A DNA stretch of 34,890 nucleotides from a virus (taxonomy: Duplodnaviria; Caudoviricetes): positions 1 to 34,890 of IMG/VR virus record IMGVR_UViG_3300048848_000063. One strand, written 5' to 3'. The position numbers and the translations under genes were made by a program. The stretch's first letter is position 1, and each line of letters begins with the position of its first letter. This document shows, piece by piece, positions 24,001 to 32,939 of the stretch. Below the pieces are notes generated by a model. It was not told the DNA's origin. It did no database searches and worked only from the letters and a program-made list of their open reading frames with translations.

Positions 24001-26519
24001 AACCGCAATTCAACTGGGACGGCAACAATGTCGGCCCGAAAATCCTCCGCATGCCGCAGGCGCTCGGAGTGGTCGCGCTTGGCCTCTTCCAGCTTGGTGC
24101 GCCGATATGGGTGTCCAACGCCCTCGTAGGCCTCGCAGGCTTCCTCGGGTCCGGGCTCGGGCAGCTGCTTCTGGCCGCCGGTGCCTATGGGCTCAACCTG
24201 TTGCTTCAGAAGAAGCCGGCGGCGCCGCAGCCGTCCGACGTTCAGACGAACATCAGGCAGGAGATCTCAGCGAGGCGCCGGATATATGGCCGAGCACTGG
24301 TGGGCTCGATCATTGTTTTTGGCTTTCGACGCGGCGAGAAAAGCTACATCCTGCACTACATCTGCGAGGGCCCCATTGAGGACTTCGTCTCCTTCCGCCT
24401 GGACAAGAAGCCGATCACGCTCGACGAAAACGGCTTCGTGGAGGAGGAGCAGTACAGTGTCGGCGATCGTTCGCGCGTACAGATTTTGACGACGAAGGGG
24501 CTCATGACGGACGAGCCCTTCGCTGAACTTCTGGCGGCTTTTCCAGAGCTCAACACACCGCTTACCCCCTTCCGGCATCGCGGTTGCGTGATGGCCCTGC
24601 AGATCGTTGAGCAGGTGCCGCAGGAGAAGCTGGCTGACGTATATCCGAACAACATGCCAGCATTGCAGATGGTCATCGACGGCGCGTCACGCGTTTGGGA
24701 TCCTCGAACCAGCGCATACGGCTTCTCCGAAAACGCCGGCTGCTGCCTCCTCACCGAAGTCATGGACGTATACGGCCTGCTGCCTTCCAGCACCGACGAC
24801 GTCGACTTCGCATCCTTCGCGACGTTTGCAGACCACTGCGACGAGGCCGTGGCGCTGAAGGCTGGCGGGACAGAAAAGCGATATCGCGTGGGCGGTGTGA
24901 TCATGCTGGATGGGGAGAACGAGGCCCGCATCCTGGCACTCTCTACCGTCTGCAATGCCGATGTCTATTTCAATCCGCAGGGCAAGATCGCCGTGCGGCG
25001 CAAGATGCGGAGCACGCCCGGGATCGCTCTCCGAGCGAAGAACGGCGACCACCTCGAAGTCCAGATGGAAGGCGGCCGCGGTCTTCAGAAGCAGTTCAAC
25101 GTGGCCAAGATCAGCTATGTGGAGCCGGCCCTGAACTACAAGGCCAACGAGGTCCGCTGGGCGCATTATGATCTGATTGCAGAGGATGGCCGGGAATATC
25201 CGCAGCCGGTTTCCGCAACGCTCTGCCCGTCTCCCACTCAGGCGATGCGCATCGGGAAGCTGGCGGTCTACGAAGGGAATCCGGATTTCATCGGGTCGCT
25301 CACGGCCGGGCCGCAAGCACTCGACCTGCTCGAGGACTATGTCTTCACGCTGGACCTGTCGCCCGAAGACGCATTCGAGCGCGTTGCCTGCGCCTCCGAG
25401 GGCGTGGGCTACGATGGCAACACCATGAAGGTCTCTGCCCCGTATGTCGTCTATCGCACCGGGGCGACTGCGTGGAACGCCGCCATCGACGAGCAGGAGC
25501 AGATCGTTGTTCCGCCGGAGTTGCCTTCGAATGTCGACGACGTACTGCTCGACGTAACCGTGACGGTCGAACTGCTGAATAACTCGGCCCCAGTGCTCTC
25601 GTTTGCGTGGGAGGCCGCATCCGGCGTATTGCCGGACAGCTATGCCCAACAGGTTGAGGTGTCCCCGGCCGGTACAAACCAATGGAGTGCCGCGGCTGTC
25701 ACGCAGGACACCAATACTGCCAAATTCGCTCCGGTGGCAGACGGTGGCGCTTACGACTGGCGCATTCGGAATATCGCCGCCGGTAAGACGCAAGATTGGC
25801 AGAACTCCACCACGCCTGTGACCGTCCACATCGACACCACCGCGCCTGTTGCCCTCGGGAGCGTTTCGGCTACTGGTGGGCTTGTGCAACTTGGAACGGT
25901 CGCCCTGACGATCGTCACGAAGAACGACCCACATCTGAGGCGCGTCGCCATTTACCGTGTCCCTGCCGGCGCGGCGCTCAACAAGACTACCCACCTTCTG
26001 GCGCGGGCGGATGTGCCTATCGCCACCACAGTCGCATTCCTACACGGGGATGGAACTCGCGCCGAAATGATCACTGATCCCGGCTTCAGTAATCCATCGG
26101 CGTGGACGGCAGGAACTGGATGGTCGGTTACGGCGGGCGCAGCCAACGGCGTTGCCGGTGTCAATTCGGTGATTGACCAGGCCGTCACGCTCACACCTGG
26201 TGCTACCTACCGATATGCGGCGCAAGGCAGTGATGTCACCGCCGGCGTCCTTCAGGCACGGCTTTCCGGTGGGTCCAACGTCTCCGGTTCAAGCTTCACC
26301 AATGGCTGGCGGTTTGGCGAAGTAGTTGCGGTCGCGGGTAACAACCGCGCCGGGATCAACAAGACAAGCACCTTTGCCGGCAAGGTAGACAACTTCCACC
26401 TCTTCGCAAAGAGCGGGGAGGAAGCGACAGCTGGCCAGTGGGACATCTACGTCATTCCAGAGAACATTTCTGGCGTCGAAGGTCCGCAAAGACTGCTGCC
26501 AAACCTCATCACCGTCTGA
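23997..26519 (+). CDS. Tail tip / host-specificity (central fibre) protein
   Basis: RRRIYGRALVG and VWDPR...SENAG motifs, FN3-like repeats (YDWRIRN), and a C-terminal carbohydrate-binding-like domain. Confidence 0.82.
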   Translation: MKPQFNWDGNNVGPKILRMPQALGVVALGLFQLGAPIWVSNALVGLAGFLGSGLGQLLLAAGAYGLNLLLQKKPAAPQPSDVQTNIRQEISARRRIYGRALVGSIIVFGFRRGEKSYILHYICEGPIEDFVSFRLDKKPITLDENGFVEEEQYSVGDRSRVQILTTKGLMTDEPFAELLAAFPELNTPLTPFRHRGCVMALQIVEQVPQEKLADVYPNNMPALQMVIDGASRVWDPRTSAYGFSENAGCCLLTEVMDVYGLLPSSTDDVDFASFATFADHCDEAVALKAGGTEKRYRVGGVIMLDGENEARILALSTVCNADVYFNPQGKIAVRRKMRSTPGIALRAKNGDHLEVQMEGGRGLQKQFNVAKISYVEPALNYKANEVRWAHYDLIAEDGREYPQPVSATLCPSPTQAMRIGKLAVYEGNPDFIGSLTAGPQALDLLEDYVFTLDLSPEDAFERVACASEGVGYDGNTMKVSAPYVVYRTGATAWNAAIDEQEQIVVPPELPSNVDDVLLDVTVTVELLNNSAPVLSFAWEAASGVLPDSYAQQVEVSPAGTNQWSAAAVTQDTNTAKFAPVADGGAYDWRIRNIAAGKTQDWQNSTTPVTVHIDTTAPVALGSVSATGGLVQLGTVALTIVTKNDPHLRRVAIYRVPAGAALNKTTHLLARADVPIATTVAFLHGDGTRAEMITDPGFSNPSAWTAGTGWSVTAGAANGVAGVNSVIDQAVTLTPGATYRYAAQGSDVTAGVLQARLSGGSNVSGSSFTNGWRFGEVVAVAGNNRAGINKTSTFAGKVDNFHLFAKSGEEATAGQWDIYVIPENISGVEGPQRLLPNLITV

Positions 26520-26552
26520 CCGGTCGCTTTTACCAACATCATGGAGAATACA

Positions 26553-28859
26553 ATGGGCCTCATCGCTCAGCTGGGCCGCTATGCCTGGCGGAAATTCGTC
26601 CTGGACGGCGTGTCGGCAAGCGGCTTCAACAAGGCTGATCAGGACGACATCTTCACGTTTGTTGATAGCGTCGATGAAGCCATCCGCGATATCGCGTCCA
26701 TTGTTTCCACCGGCCGCCAATTGAAAGACCCGGTGCGCATTGCCATCACCACGAATGTCACGTTGACCACCCTCGTCAACGGCGCCGTGGTGCAGGGGCT
26801 GACACTGGCGACTGGCAACCGCATCGCCACCATCGGCCAGACCGATAGCACGACGAACGGCATTCGGGTTGTGCAGGCCTCCGGTACTCCCATCCGCTCC
26901 GACGACGCCAACTCCGGCGACGAACTCCTTGGCGCGACCTTCTACGTCAACGAAGGGGCTAACGCCGGCAGGACATACACCTGCTCGGATCCTGGCCCGA
27001 TTGACCTTGGCACCACGCCGCTTCCGTTCGCCCTCAGTGGCGATGTGTCGACGATCGTCGCCAAGACGGTGACCGGGGCAGGCCTTGCGACGGGTGGCGG
27101 CCCAATCTCTGGCGACCCAGTCATCACGGTTGGGAAGGCGACGACAAAGACCGTACTCGACAAGAGCGTGGACACGCAGGCCGTGACGCCGAAGGCGGTT
27201 GACGCAAAGCTGGAGTCGCAGTTCGGTCAGGTGTTCACGGACGAACGCTACGCAAAGGTTCTGTGGGCTGACGCCAGCGGCGTGCCGATCCTCGCGCTCG
27301 AGCACGAAGGGACCATCTGGGCTCGCCCCTCGTCGCTGATCACGGATGAATATTGGGAAGCCGCGATTATCGACGCCAACGGCGTTGTGATCATGGGCAA
27401 GCCCTACGACAGCGCCTTCATGATCGGCCCGTTCTACGATTCCACGGCGAAAATCGACAACGCCGCCGCCTACGTCGACGGCAGCGGCAATGCGGTGGCG
27501 CTGACGGATCGGGTCATCCAGTTGACCTTCGGGGAGGTTGTCCCCGTAGCAGTCCAGATCCAGGGCACCAACGCCGTCTACAAGATGGTTACCGGCAGCA
27601 CCGTCACGTCGGTGGCGGAAGACCTTCTCGCCAACACGACGCTTACACCCGGCTTCACCAAGGTCATCTACGAGGTCTACTACGGCCAGTCGCTTTCGAC
27701 CGGAGGCGCGACCGGCGCAGCTATCACCACCTCGGCCTTCCTGCCGGGGCGCGTCGTCATGCCGAACGGTGGCATTCGCCCGCTCGGCACCTCGCAGGAC
27801 GGCAACTACGCGACAACGCCGCTGCCGCGCGACAACATCAAGAGCTGGGTCGATGCATACGAGCGAACCGACGGCAACGCTGGCGAAACGCCGGCATCGG
27901 GCATGGCGATCCGCCTTGCTGCCTCGTACCCCTCGAACGAGGCCATTCTCCTCGCCTCAAACGGGGTAGGGGGCCAGTCCTACGCCAACATCAAGAAGGA
28001 TACGGTTCCCTTCAACAATATGCTTCTGGGTATCCGACGAGCATGGATCATGTGCCAGGCGCTCGGGCTGCAGATGGAGGTGAAGGTCCACTTCGTCCAC
28101 GGCGAGGCAGACCGGGCGGCAGCCAGCGGAATCTACAAGGGGTATCTGGTCGAATTGCAGAGCGACATCACGACCGCGGTTCAGGCCATTGTGCCCGGTC
28201 ATGGTCAAGCCCCGCTCTTCGTCTCGCAGCTCGCGAACTTCACTGCCCCGAGTTATGGCAACGCCTTCTCATGGGTTCCGGCAGATCAGGCAGCAGCGGC
28301 GGCAGAGCACCCCGGCAAGATCATCTTGACGGGCCCTCGGTATCCATTCGCGACGATCTCTGATGGCATCCATCTCCAGGCGGAGGAGTCCTACAAGCTC
28401 GGCGACATGGAGGCAGGCGCGGAAATCAGGGCTAAAGCCAGCCAGCCTTCCTGCCTGCGCGTGACGTCCGCTGTCCGAAGCGGTGCCACCATCACGCTTA
28501 CCTGCGATGTTCCGACCGCGCCGATCGTCCGAGACACCACGCTCGTGACGGACCCCGGCGCGGATGTCGGTGCGATTGCTGGCCTGAAATACGGCTTCCG
28601 CTACGTCCAGACCGGCGGCGTTGCCCGCACGATTTCCGACGTGACCGCCTCCGGCTCGACAATCACCGTCACGCTGTCCGGCGACCCCGGCAGCCCCTCG
28701 GCCGAAAACCTCTACATCGCGCTCGACGGCGTCGCCAACAATCCCGGCGGCCCCGCCACTGGTCCGCGGGCCTGCTTCCGGGACAGCACGCCCGGCTCCA
28801 ACGCTTACGGCAACCGCTACAACTGGCTTGCCGCCGGCAACATTCCTGTCACGACCTAA
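26553..28859 (+). CDS. Tailspike / receptor-binding protein with SGNH O-acetylesterase domain
   Basis: SGNH blocks GQS (about 27684), GGQSY, HGEAD and DGIH (about 28362); tail-fibre-like N-terminus; GGAGA RBS. Confidence 0.8.
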   Translation: MGLIAQLGRYAWRKFVLDGVSASGFNKADQDDIFTFVDSVDEAIRDIASIVSTGRQLKDPVRIAITTNVTLTTLVNGAVVQGLTLATGNRIATIGQTDSTTNGIRVVQASGTPIRSDDANSGDELLGATFYVNEGANAGRTYTCSDPGPIDLGTTPLPFALSGDVSTIVAKTVTGAGLATGGGPISGDPVITVGKATTKTVLDKSVDTQAVTPKAVDAKLESQFGQVFTDERYAKVLWADASGVPILALEHEGTIWARPSSLITDEYWEAAIIDANGVVIMGKPYDSAFMIGPFYDSTAKIDNAAAYVDGSGNAVALTDRVIQLTFGEVVPVAVQIQGTNAVYKMVTGSTVTSVAEDLLANTTLTPGFTKVIYEVYYGQSLSTGGATGAAITTSAFLPGRVVMPNGGIRPLGTSQDGNYATTPLPRDNIKSWVDAYERTDGNAGETPASGMAIRLAASYPSNEAILLASNGVGGQSYANIKKDTVPFNNMLLGIRRAWIMCQALGLQMEVKVHFVHGEADRAAASGIYKGYLVELQSDITTAVQAIVPGHGQAPLFVSQLANFTAPSYGNAFSWVPADQAAAAAEHPGKIILTGPRYPFATISDGIHLQAEESYKLGDMEAGAEIRAKASQPSCLRVTSAVRSGATITLTCDVPTAPIVRDTTLVTDPGADVGAIAGLKYGFRYVQTGGVARTISDVTASGSTITVTLSGDPGSPSAENLYIALDGVANNPGGPATGPRACFRDSTPGSNAYGNRYNWLAAGNIPVTT

Positions 28860-28871
28860 AAAGGGATCACC

Positions 28872-29663
28872 ATGCTCCAAGACCGATATCAGGTTGTCGA
28901 CGTGGCGCTTGATGCGCCCGGCGCCAAGAAGATCGTTATGACCACTCTGGATAAGGCGATCGCTGCCCTGCCTGGCCTGTTGTTCGACATCGACCCGGCG
29001 CGCCTCGCCATCAGTTCCGGCTTCCTTGGCCGTGACCGCAAGGGCGCGCGCCTCGGTGCTGACGGCAACGGGTTCTCCCTGCCGGCCAGTTCCTTCCTCA
29101 ATAACCGCCGTTGCCTGCGCATGGACGGCTCGGTCGGCTTCCTCATCCAGTTGATGCGAGGGCTGACGTCGAAGTCCTACACCCTGATCTACATCGGGAC
29201 GCTGGCTCCGGCAGTGCGCGATACGACGACAGGCACATCCCGCGCGCTGTTCTCGGTCTATGACGGCACCACGCCGACGGTCTGGGCTCGCATCGCCCCG
29301 ACGACGGGCGCGCTCTCCTTCTCCACGACGTCGACGATTGGCGGCGCGACGGTCGCACAAGCCAACCTGCCGGCCTCGAATACCGGGGCGATCTTCACCT
29401 TCGCGCGCGATGACGCCACCGACAGCCACAGCATCAACATCAACGGAACGACGGTCGCGACATCAACGGCTGACGCGGGCAATCCGACCATTTCGCAGGA
29501 CAAGCGCGTGGGCATCGGCAGCGTCGACGCTCTGTCGTCTACCCGGTCCTTCTACGGCGACGGCGGGCGCTTCATCGGCGTAGACAGCAACGTGCTCGCC
29601 GATGCGCCCACGTTGTTCAACGAGTTCGTGGCTGCCGCCAAGCCGTATTTCGGTATCGCCTGA
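28872..29663 (+). CDS. LamG/concanavalin-like beta-sandwich tail-associated protein
   Basis: Beta-rich Thr/Gly composition, SININGT, IG...FYGDGG and YFGI terminus; follows the tailspike. Confidence 0.55.
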   Translation: MLQDRYQVVDVALDAPGAKKIVMTTLDKAIAALPGLLFDIDPARLAISSGFLGRDRKGARLGADGNGFSLPASSFLNNRRCLRMDGSVGFLIQLMRGLTSKSYTLIYIGTLAPAVRDTTTGTSRALFSVYDGTTPTVWARIAPTTGALSFSTTSTIGGATVAQANLPASNTGAIFTFARDDATDSHSININGTTVATSTADAGNPTISQDKRVGIGSVDALSSTRSFYGDGGRFIGVDSNVLADAPTLFNEFVAAAKPYFGIA

Positions 29664-29671
29664 ACTTTGGG

Positions 29672-29717
29672 ATCAAAACGCATCGGCGAGATGCCAGAGA
29701 GGAGCATCTCGCCGATG
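29672..29717 (-). terminator. Strong hairpin terminator between the convergent tail and moron transcripts
   Basis: Perfect 14-bp inverted repeat CATCGGCGAGATGC/GCATCTCGCCGATG (29681-29694 / 29704-29717); the minus strand continues CGTTTTGAT. Confidence 0.7.
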
Positions 29718-29806
29718 AAGTCTGGATCTATGGCGGCAGCAACGCCGTCGCGGAAGCCTCACGGCTTCTGGGGACCTCGAATAACCCGAGGCTCACCCGA
29801 ATACAT

Positions 29807-30274
29807 CTACATCGCCGCAGTTCTCGCAGCAGACCGTGCTTTCGGCGTCTTCAGAATACCGGTGATCATTGAGACCGGGGTCGACACCCTCGCTGTCTGA
29901 TACGCCTCGCTAAGTTTGCCTTCGACGACGGTAGGCGTCTCAGGCACGACGTACTCGGCATGGTCACCGGCGGCCGTCGTGCGGACGGTTGTGAAACCCT
30001 GCTGGCGCGCATACACGCCAACGATCTGCGAAGCGTTGAGGTAGAGTGGCTTGGCATCTTTCACACGAGTGAGCTCGACGAAAGTGCAGCCTGCCTTAGT
30101 GAGATGACCGATCACGTCTGTTGCGTCTTCGCTAACGACGAAACTGGCGTTTTCACCGCCTGCGGTGGTGCGGATGATGGTCTGCCCTTGGGCTTGGTAG
30201 ACTGCGACGGCGTGGTGGCCGTTTAGCAGAACGCTACCCTTACCTTCGGTGCGGCTGAGCTTCGTGAACTTCAT
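29807..30274 (-). CDS. Moron protein with two tandem FlbD/SwrD-like repeats
   Basis: Internal duplication: FTKLSR..VLLN..VAVY..TIIRTTA..FVVSE..DV versus FVELTR..LYLN..VGVY..TTVRTTA..YVVPE..VV. AGGA RBS before the ATG at 30274. Confidence 0.72.
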   Translation of the reverse strand: MKFTKLSRTEGKGSVLLNGHHAVAVYQAQGQTIIRTTAGGENASFVVSEDATDVIGHLTKAGCTFVELTRVKDAKPLYLNASQIVGVYARQQGFTTVRTTAAGDHAEYVVPETPTVVEGKLSEAYQTARVSTPVSMITGILKTPKARSAARTAAM

Positions 30275-30338
30275 ATTCAAAATCCTACTCGTTTGCGGAC
30301 AGGAAAAGTGCGTCCCTACAGGCCCGGAGAAGCCAACG

Positions 30339-30497
30339 TCAGACGGCACGGAATTCGAATTTATTCATCGCGGCTTTGAAATCTTCCTTGAGATGCCGAT
30401 CCCATGGATTGAAGAAGTAGATGTCGGCGTCCTCTTTCGAGGCATCTTCACGTGCCTCGTTTGCTGCATCATCATGATGCGGTTCTTCGTCATTCAT
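30339..30497 (-). CDS. Small acidic hypothetical protein (52 aa)
   Basis: TAAGGA RBS; MNDEEPHHDDAANEAREDASKEDADIYFFNPWDRHLKEDF... Confidence 0.5.
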   Translation of the reverse strand: MNDEEPHHDDAANEAREDASKEDADIYFFNPWDRHLKEDFKAAMNKFEFRAV

Positions 30498-30737
30498 GGC
30501 GCTGTCCTTACGTGAGGCGCCTATGAAGCACAGTCGATGCTGCAATGCAACATAACCCCCGCTAGGGCATTGGCCAAACGAGGGTAATTGCTGGAATAGC
30601 GACAGCAGCTAACAAAGTCGTCGTTACAGCGATAGTTCTGATGGTTTTGGCCCGGCGTGCGCTTGTCGCATCCCATTCGTACATCGCCCGCAACCACTCT
30701 GGTCAGCATGAGCCAGGCGCATAGTCCACATGAACAC

Positions 30738-30752
30738 TTAAAACACTGTTAA
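30738..30752. promoter_or_regulatory. CtrA-type box TTAA-N7-TTAA
   Basis: TTAA-AACACTG-TTAA in an AT-rich intergenic patch upstream of the leftward moron genes. Confidence 0.55.
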
Positions 30753-31136
30753 GTATGAAGACGGCCAGGAGGACAGCTGCGGCACGCAAGCCGACGCCAC
30801 GCCTCTCGATGGGGATGGCACTGCCGCATCCGGGTGACTCTACTGACCTAAGCCGAAGAGGACATCTGCAGCATGAGATCGTTTATCTCAACGGCCCTGA
30901 CACCAAGGCTGCGAAGCCGTCCCGTTCACGGGACCCGGGAGGATCTCATGCAAAACTCCCGGGTCCACACTGTCGCCGAGGGGCGCGATCACTCGTGCTC
31001 CGGGACGCGGCAATATGGCTGACATATTTCTCGCCTGTGCGGGTATGTTTGCGGTGAGCTAGCGTAGTGCACGTGAGACCGTCTGCAACTTGGGGGTAAG
31101 GGCGCCTCACCCACGAGGCCGGGGTGGCTCGAGGCT

Positions 31137-31535
31137 TTAGGAGCTGACCGCCATACCCGCTTCGTTCAAGAGGTTCGTGAGGGCGATGATCAGCTGCGCC
31201 CCGACAAATGGCTTTTGAAGAAGCACGCTGCCGGGAACCCCATGCGCCCTCCACTGCTCGGCGCTGTCTCCGGTCATGTAGATCACAGGAAGAAGAGGCT
31301 GAAGCTCTCTGGCCCGCCGGGCCACATCCCATCCGTCGCCCTTTCCGGGCATGCGGACGTCCGTCAGTAGCGCACAGAAGCGAGAAGGGTCTTCTTCTAA
31401 GGCAGCAGTGGCTTCCTCAGCGTTCCGGGCCACCACTGCTTCGAAGTCGGCTTCAGCCAGCATGTCAATCATAGTGATGCTGATGAGGGCGTCATCTTCA
31501 GCAACAAGCACGACCTTGAATTCCGAGAACTCCAC
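31137..31535 (-). CDS. Single-domain response regulator (CheY-like receiver)
   Basis: VLVAEDD acidic pocket, phospho-acceptor LLTDVRMPG, MTG and QKPF; no output domain. GTG start at 31535 follows GAGGG. Confidence 0.9.
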   Translation of the reverse strand: MEFSEFKVVLVAEDDALISITMIDMLAEADFEAVVARNAEEATAALEEDPSRFCALLTDVRMPGKGDGWDVARRARELQPLLPVIYMTGDSAEQWRAHGVPGSVLLQKPFVGAQLIIALTNLLNEAGMAVSS

Positions 31536-31759
31536 TTGGTGACCCTCGCGTCTATCCGCTCTGCACGCCAAACCGTTACGAGGCACTAAGGTTTCGGATC
31601 AGCAGCCGCAAAATAAAAAAAGCTATTCCAAGCGGAGTTAACATAGCCAGACAGCCCTCGACATTGTCGGTTTTCGTACATAGCGAACCGACGCTCCTGT
31701 GCCTGGGCCGCCCACGGCCCCCACCCGTTCACCTGACCGCCGCCACATAGGACATCACC

Positions 31760-32407
31760 ATGAAGACGACCGTGCAGTCTCTGCAGCGGCGCTTGATCGC
31801 GCTTGGCTTTCCCCTCCCGAAGTTCGGCGCCGACGGTGATCCGGGCGCTGAAACCCTCGCGGCGATTGGCGTCGCCCTAGACGAGCTGGAGCGGGTGCGG
31901 GGGCTGAAGCCCGCCGGCCCGTCGCCGAAACCCCTGTCGGCCGCGGCCTCGACCACGTCGACCGTGATCCTGAAGCAGCCGAAGGCGACGCGCGTGATCG
32001 ACGAGATCATCGTCCATTGCACGGCAACGCCTGAAGGCCGCGACGTCTCCGTCGACACGATCCGCAGCTGGCACCTCGCCAATGGCTGGAAGGACATCGG
32101 CTACCACTACGTCGTCCTCCTCGACGGCACGGTGCAAGTGGGCCGGCCAGAAGCGGAGGTCGGCTCTCACGTTGCTGGCCACAACAGCAGGACGCTCGGC
32201 ATCGTCTATGTCGGCGGCGTCGCGGCCGACGGCAGGACGCCGAAGGACACCCGCACGCCCGCGCAGAAGGCGGCGCTGCTCGACCTCGCCAGGGCTCTCA
32301 TCGCCAAGTACCCCACCGTCCGCAAGGTCACTGGTCACAACCAGCACGCCGCCAAGGCGTGCCCCTCGTTCGACGTGCGCAAGGATGCGCTCGGCGCACT
32401 CGTCTGA
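31760..32407 (+). CDS. Endolysin: peptidoglycan-binding domain plus N-acetylmuramoyl-L-alanine amidase (T7 lysozyme-like)
   Basis: LQRRLIALG...ADGDPG PG-binding motif; IIVHCTAT, GWKDIGYHY, GH and KACPSF zinc-amidase motifs. Confidence 0.93.
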   Translation: MKTTVQSLQRRLIALGFPLPKFGADGDPGAETLAAIGVALDELERVRGLKPAGPSPKPLSAAASTTSTVILKQPKATRVIDEIIVHCTATPEGRDVSVDTIRSWHLANGWKDIGYHYVVLLDGTVQVGRPEAEVGSHVAGHNSRTLGIVYVGGVAADGRTPKDTRTPAQKAALLDLARALIAKYPTVRKVTGHNQHAAKACPSFDVRKDALGALV

Positions 32408-32437
32408 CTGATCCTCAACCCCAGAAAGGAAACGACA

Positions 32438-32611
32438 ATGGACAAGATCTCGAAAGCAATCGCAGCCGCCGCCGGCGGAGCCGCTACCGGTACGATCGGC
32501 TTGCCGTTCATGCCGGAGGGCACGCCCTGGTACGGCTATCTCGCCCTCTATGCCATCACGACCGGCCTGCCGGCTGTCCTGACCTACCTGGCGCCGAAGA
32601 ACGCCAGTTAG
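32438..32611 (+). CDS. Small membrane protein, holin candidate (57 aa)
   Basis: AAAGGA RBS; MDKISKAIAAAAGGAATGTIGLPFMPEGTPWYGYLALYAITTGLPAVLTYLAPKNAS; directly after the endolysin; absent from the ORF track. Confidence 0.7.
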   Translation: MDKISKAIAAAAGGAATGTIGLPFMPEGTPWYGYLALYAITTGLPAVLTYLAPKNAS

Positions 32612-32666
32612 AGCGCGCAGAAACGTTCGATCAGGCCCGTTCGTCTATCGCAGGAATGGCAGCAGC

Positions 32667-32939
32667 ATGACCCCCATCGACCGGAACGACCTGATCGAGC
32701 GCGATTTGCAATCCCACGCCAAGACCATAACCGAACTCACGATGCGCATGTCCGACTACGAGAAGGACAAGGCGGTCAGGGAGGTGAAGGATGAGCATCT
32801 CGAGGAGAGATTCGAGCGGATCGAGGATCGCGTACAGGCAATCTACAAGCTTGGCCTTTGGATCCTCGCTGCCTTTGGCGGATCCTTTATCGCGCTCGTT
32901 GCCAACTTTGTTTTCAGGGGAGGCCTCATTGCGCCATAA
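32667..32939 (+). CDS. Coiled-coil protein with C-terminal transmembrane helix (lysis cassette, holin/XhlA-like)
   Basis: Charged helical N-terminus, then LGLWILAAFGGSFIALVANFVF. Confidence 0.72.
   Translation: MTPIDRNDLIERDLQSHAKTITELTMRMSDYEKDKAVREVKDEHLEERFERIEDRVQAIYKLGLWILAAFGGSFIALVANFVFRGGLIAP

Noticed and set aside
30521-31057. ORFs 30521-30709 (-) and 30755-31057 (+)
   Set aside because: No convincing RBS or motifs and atypical composition. The region looks regulatory or structured-RNA-like.
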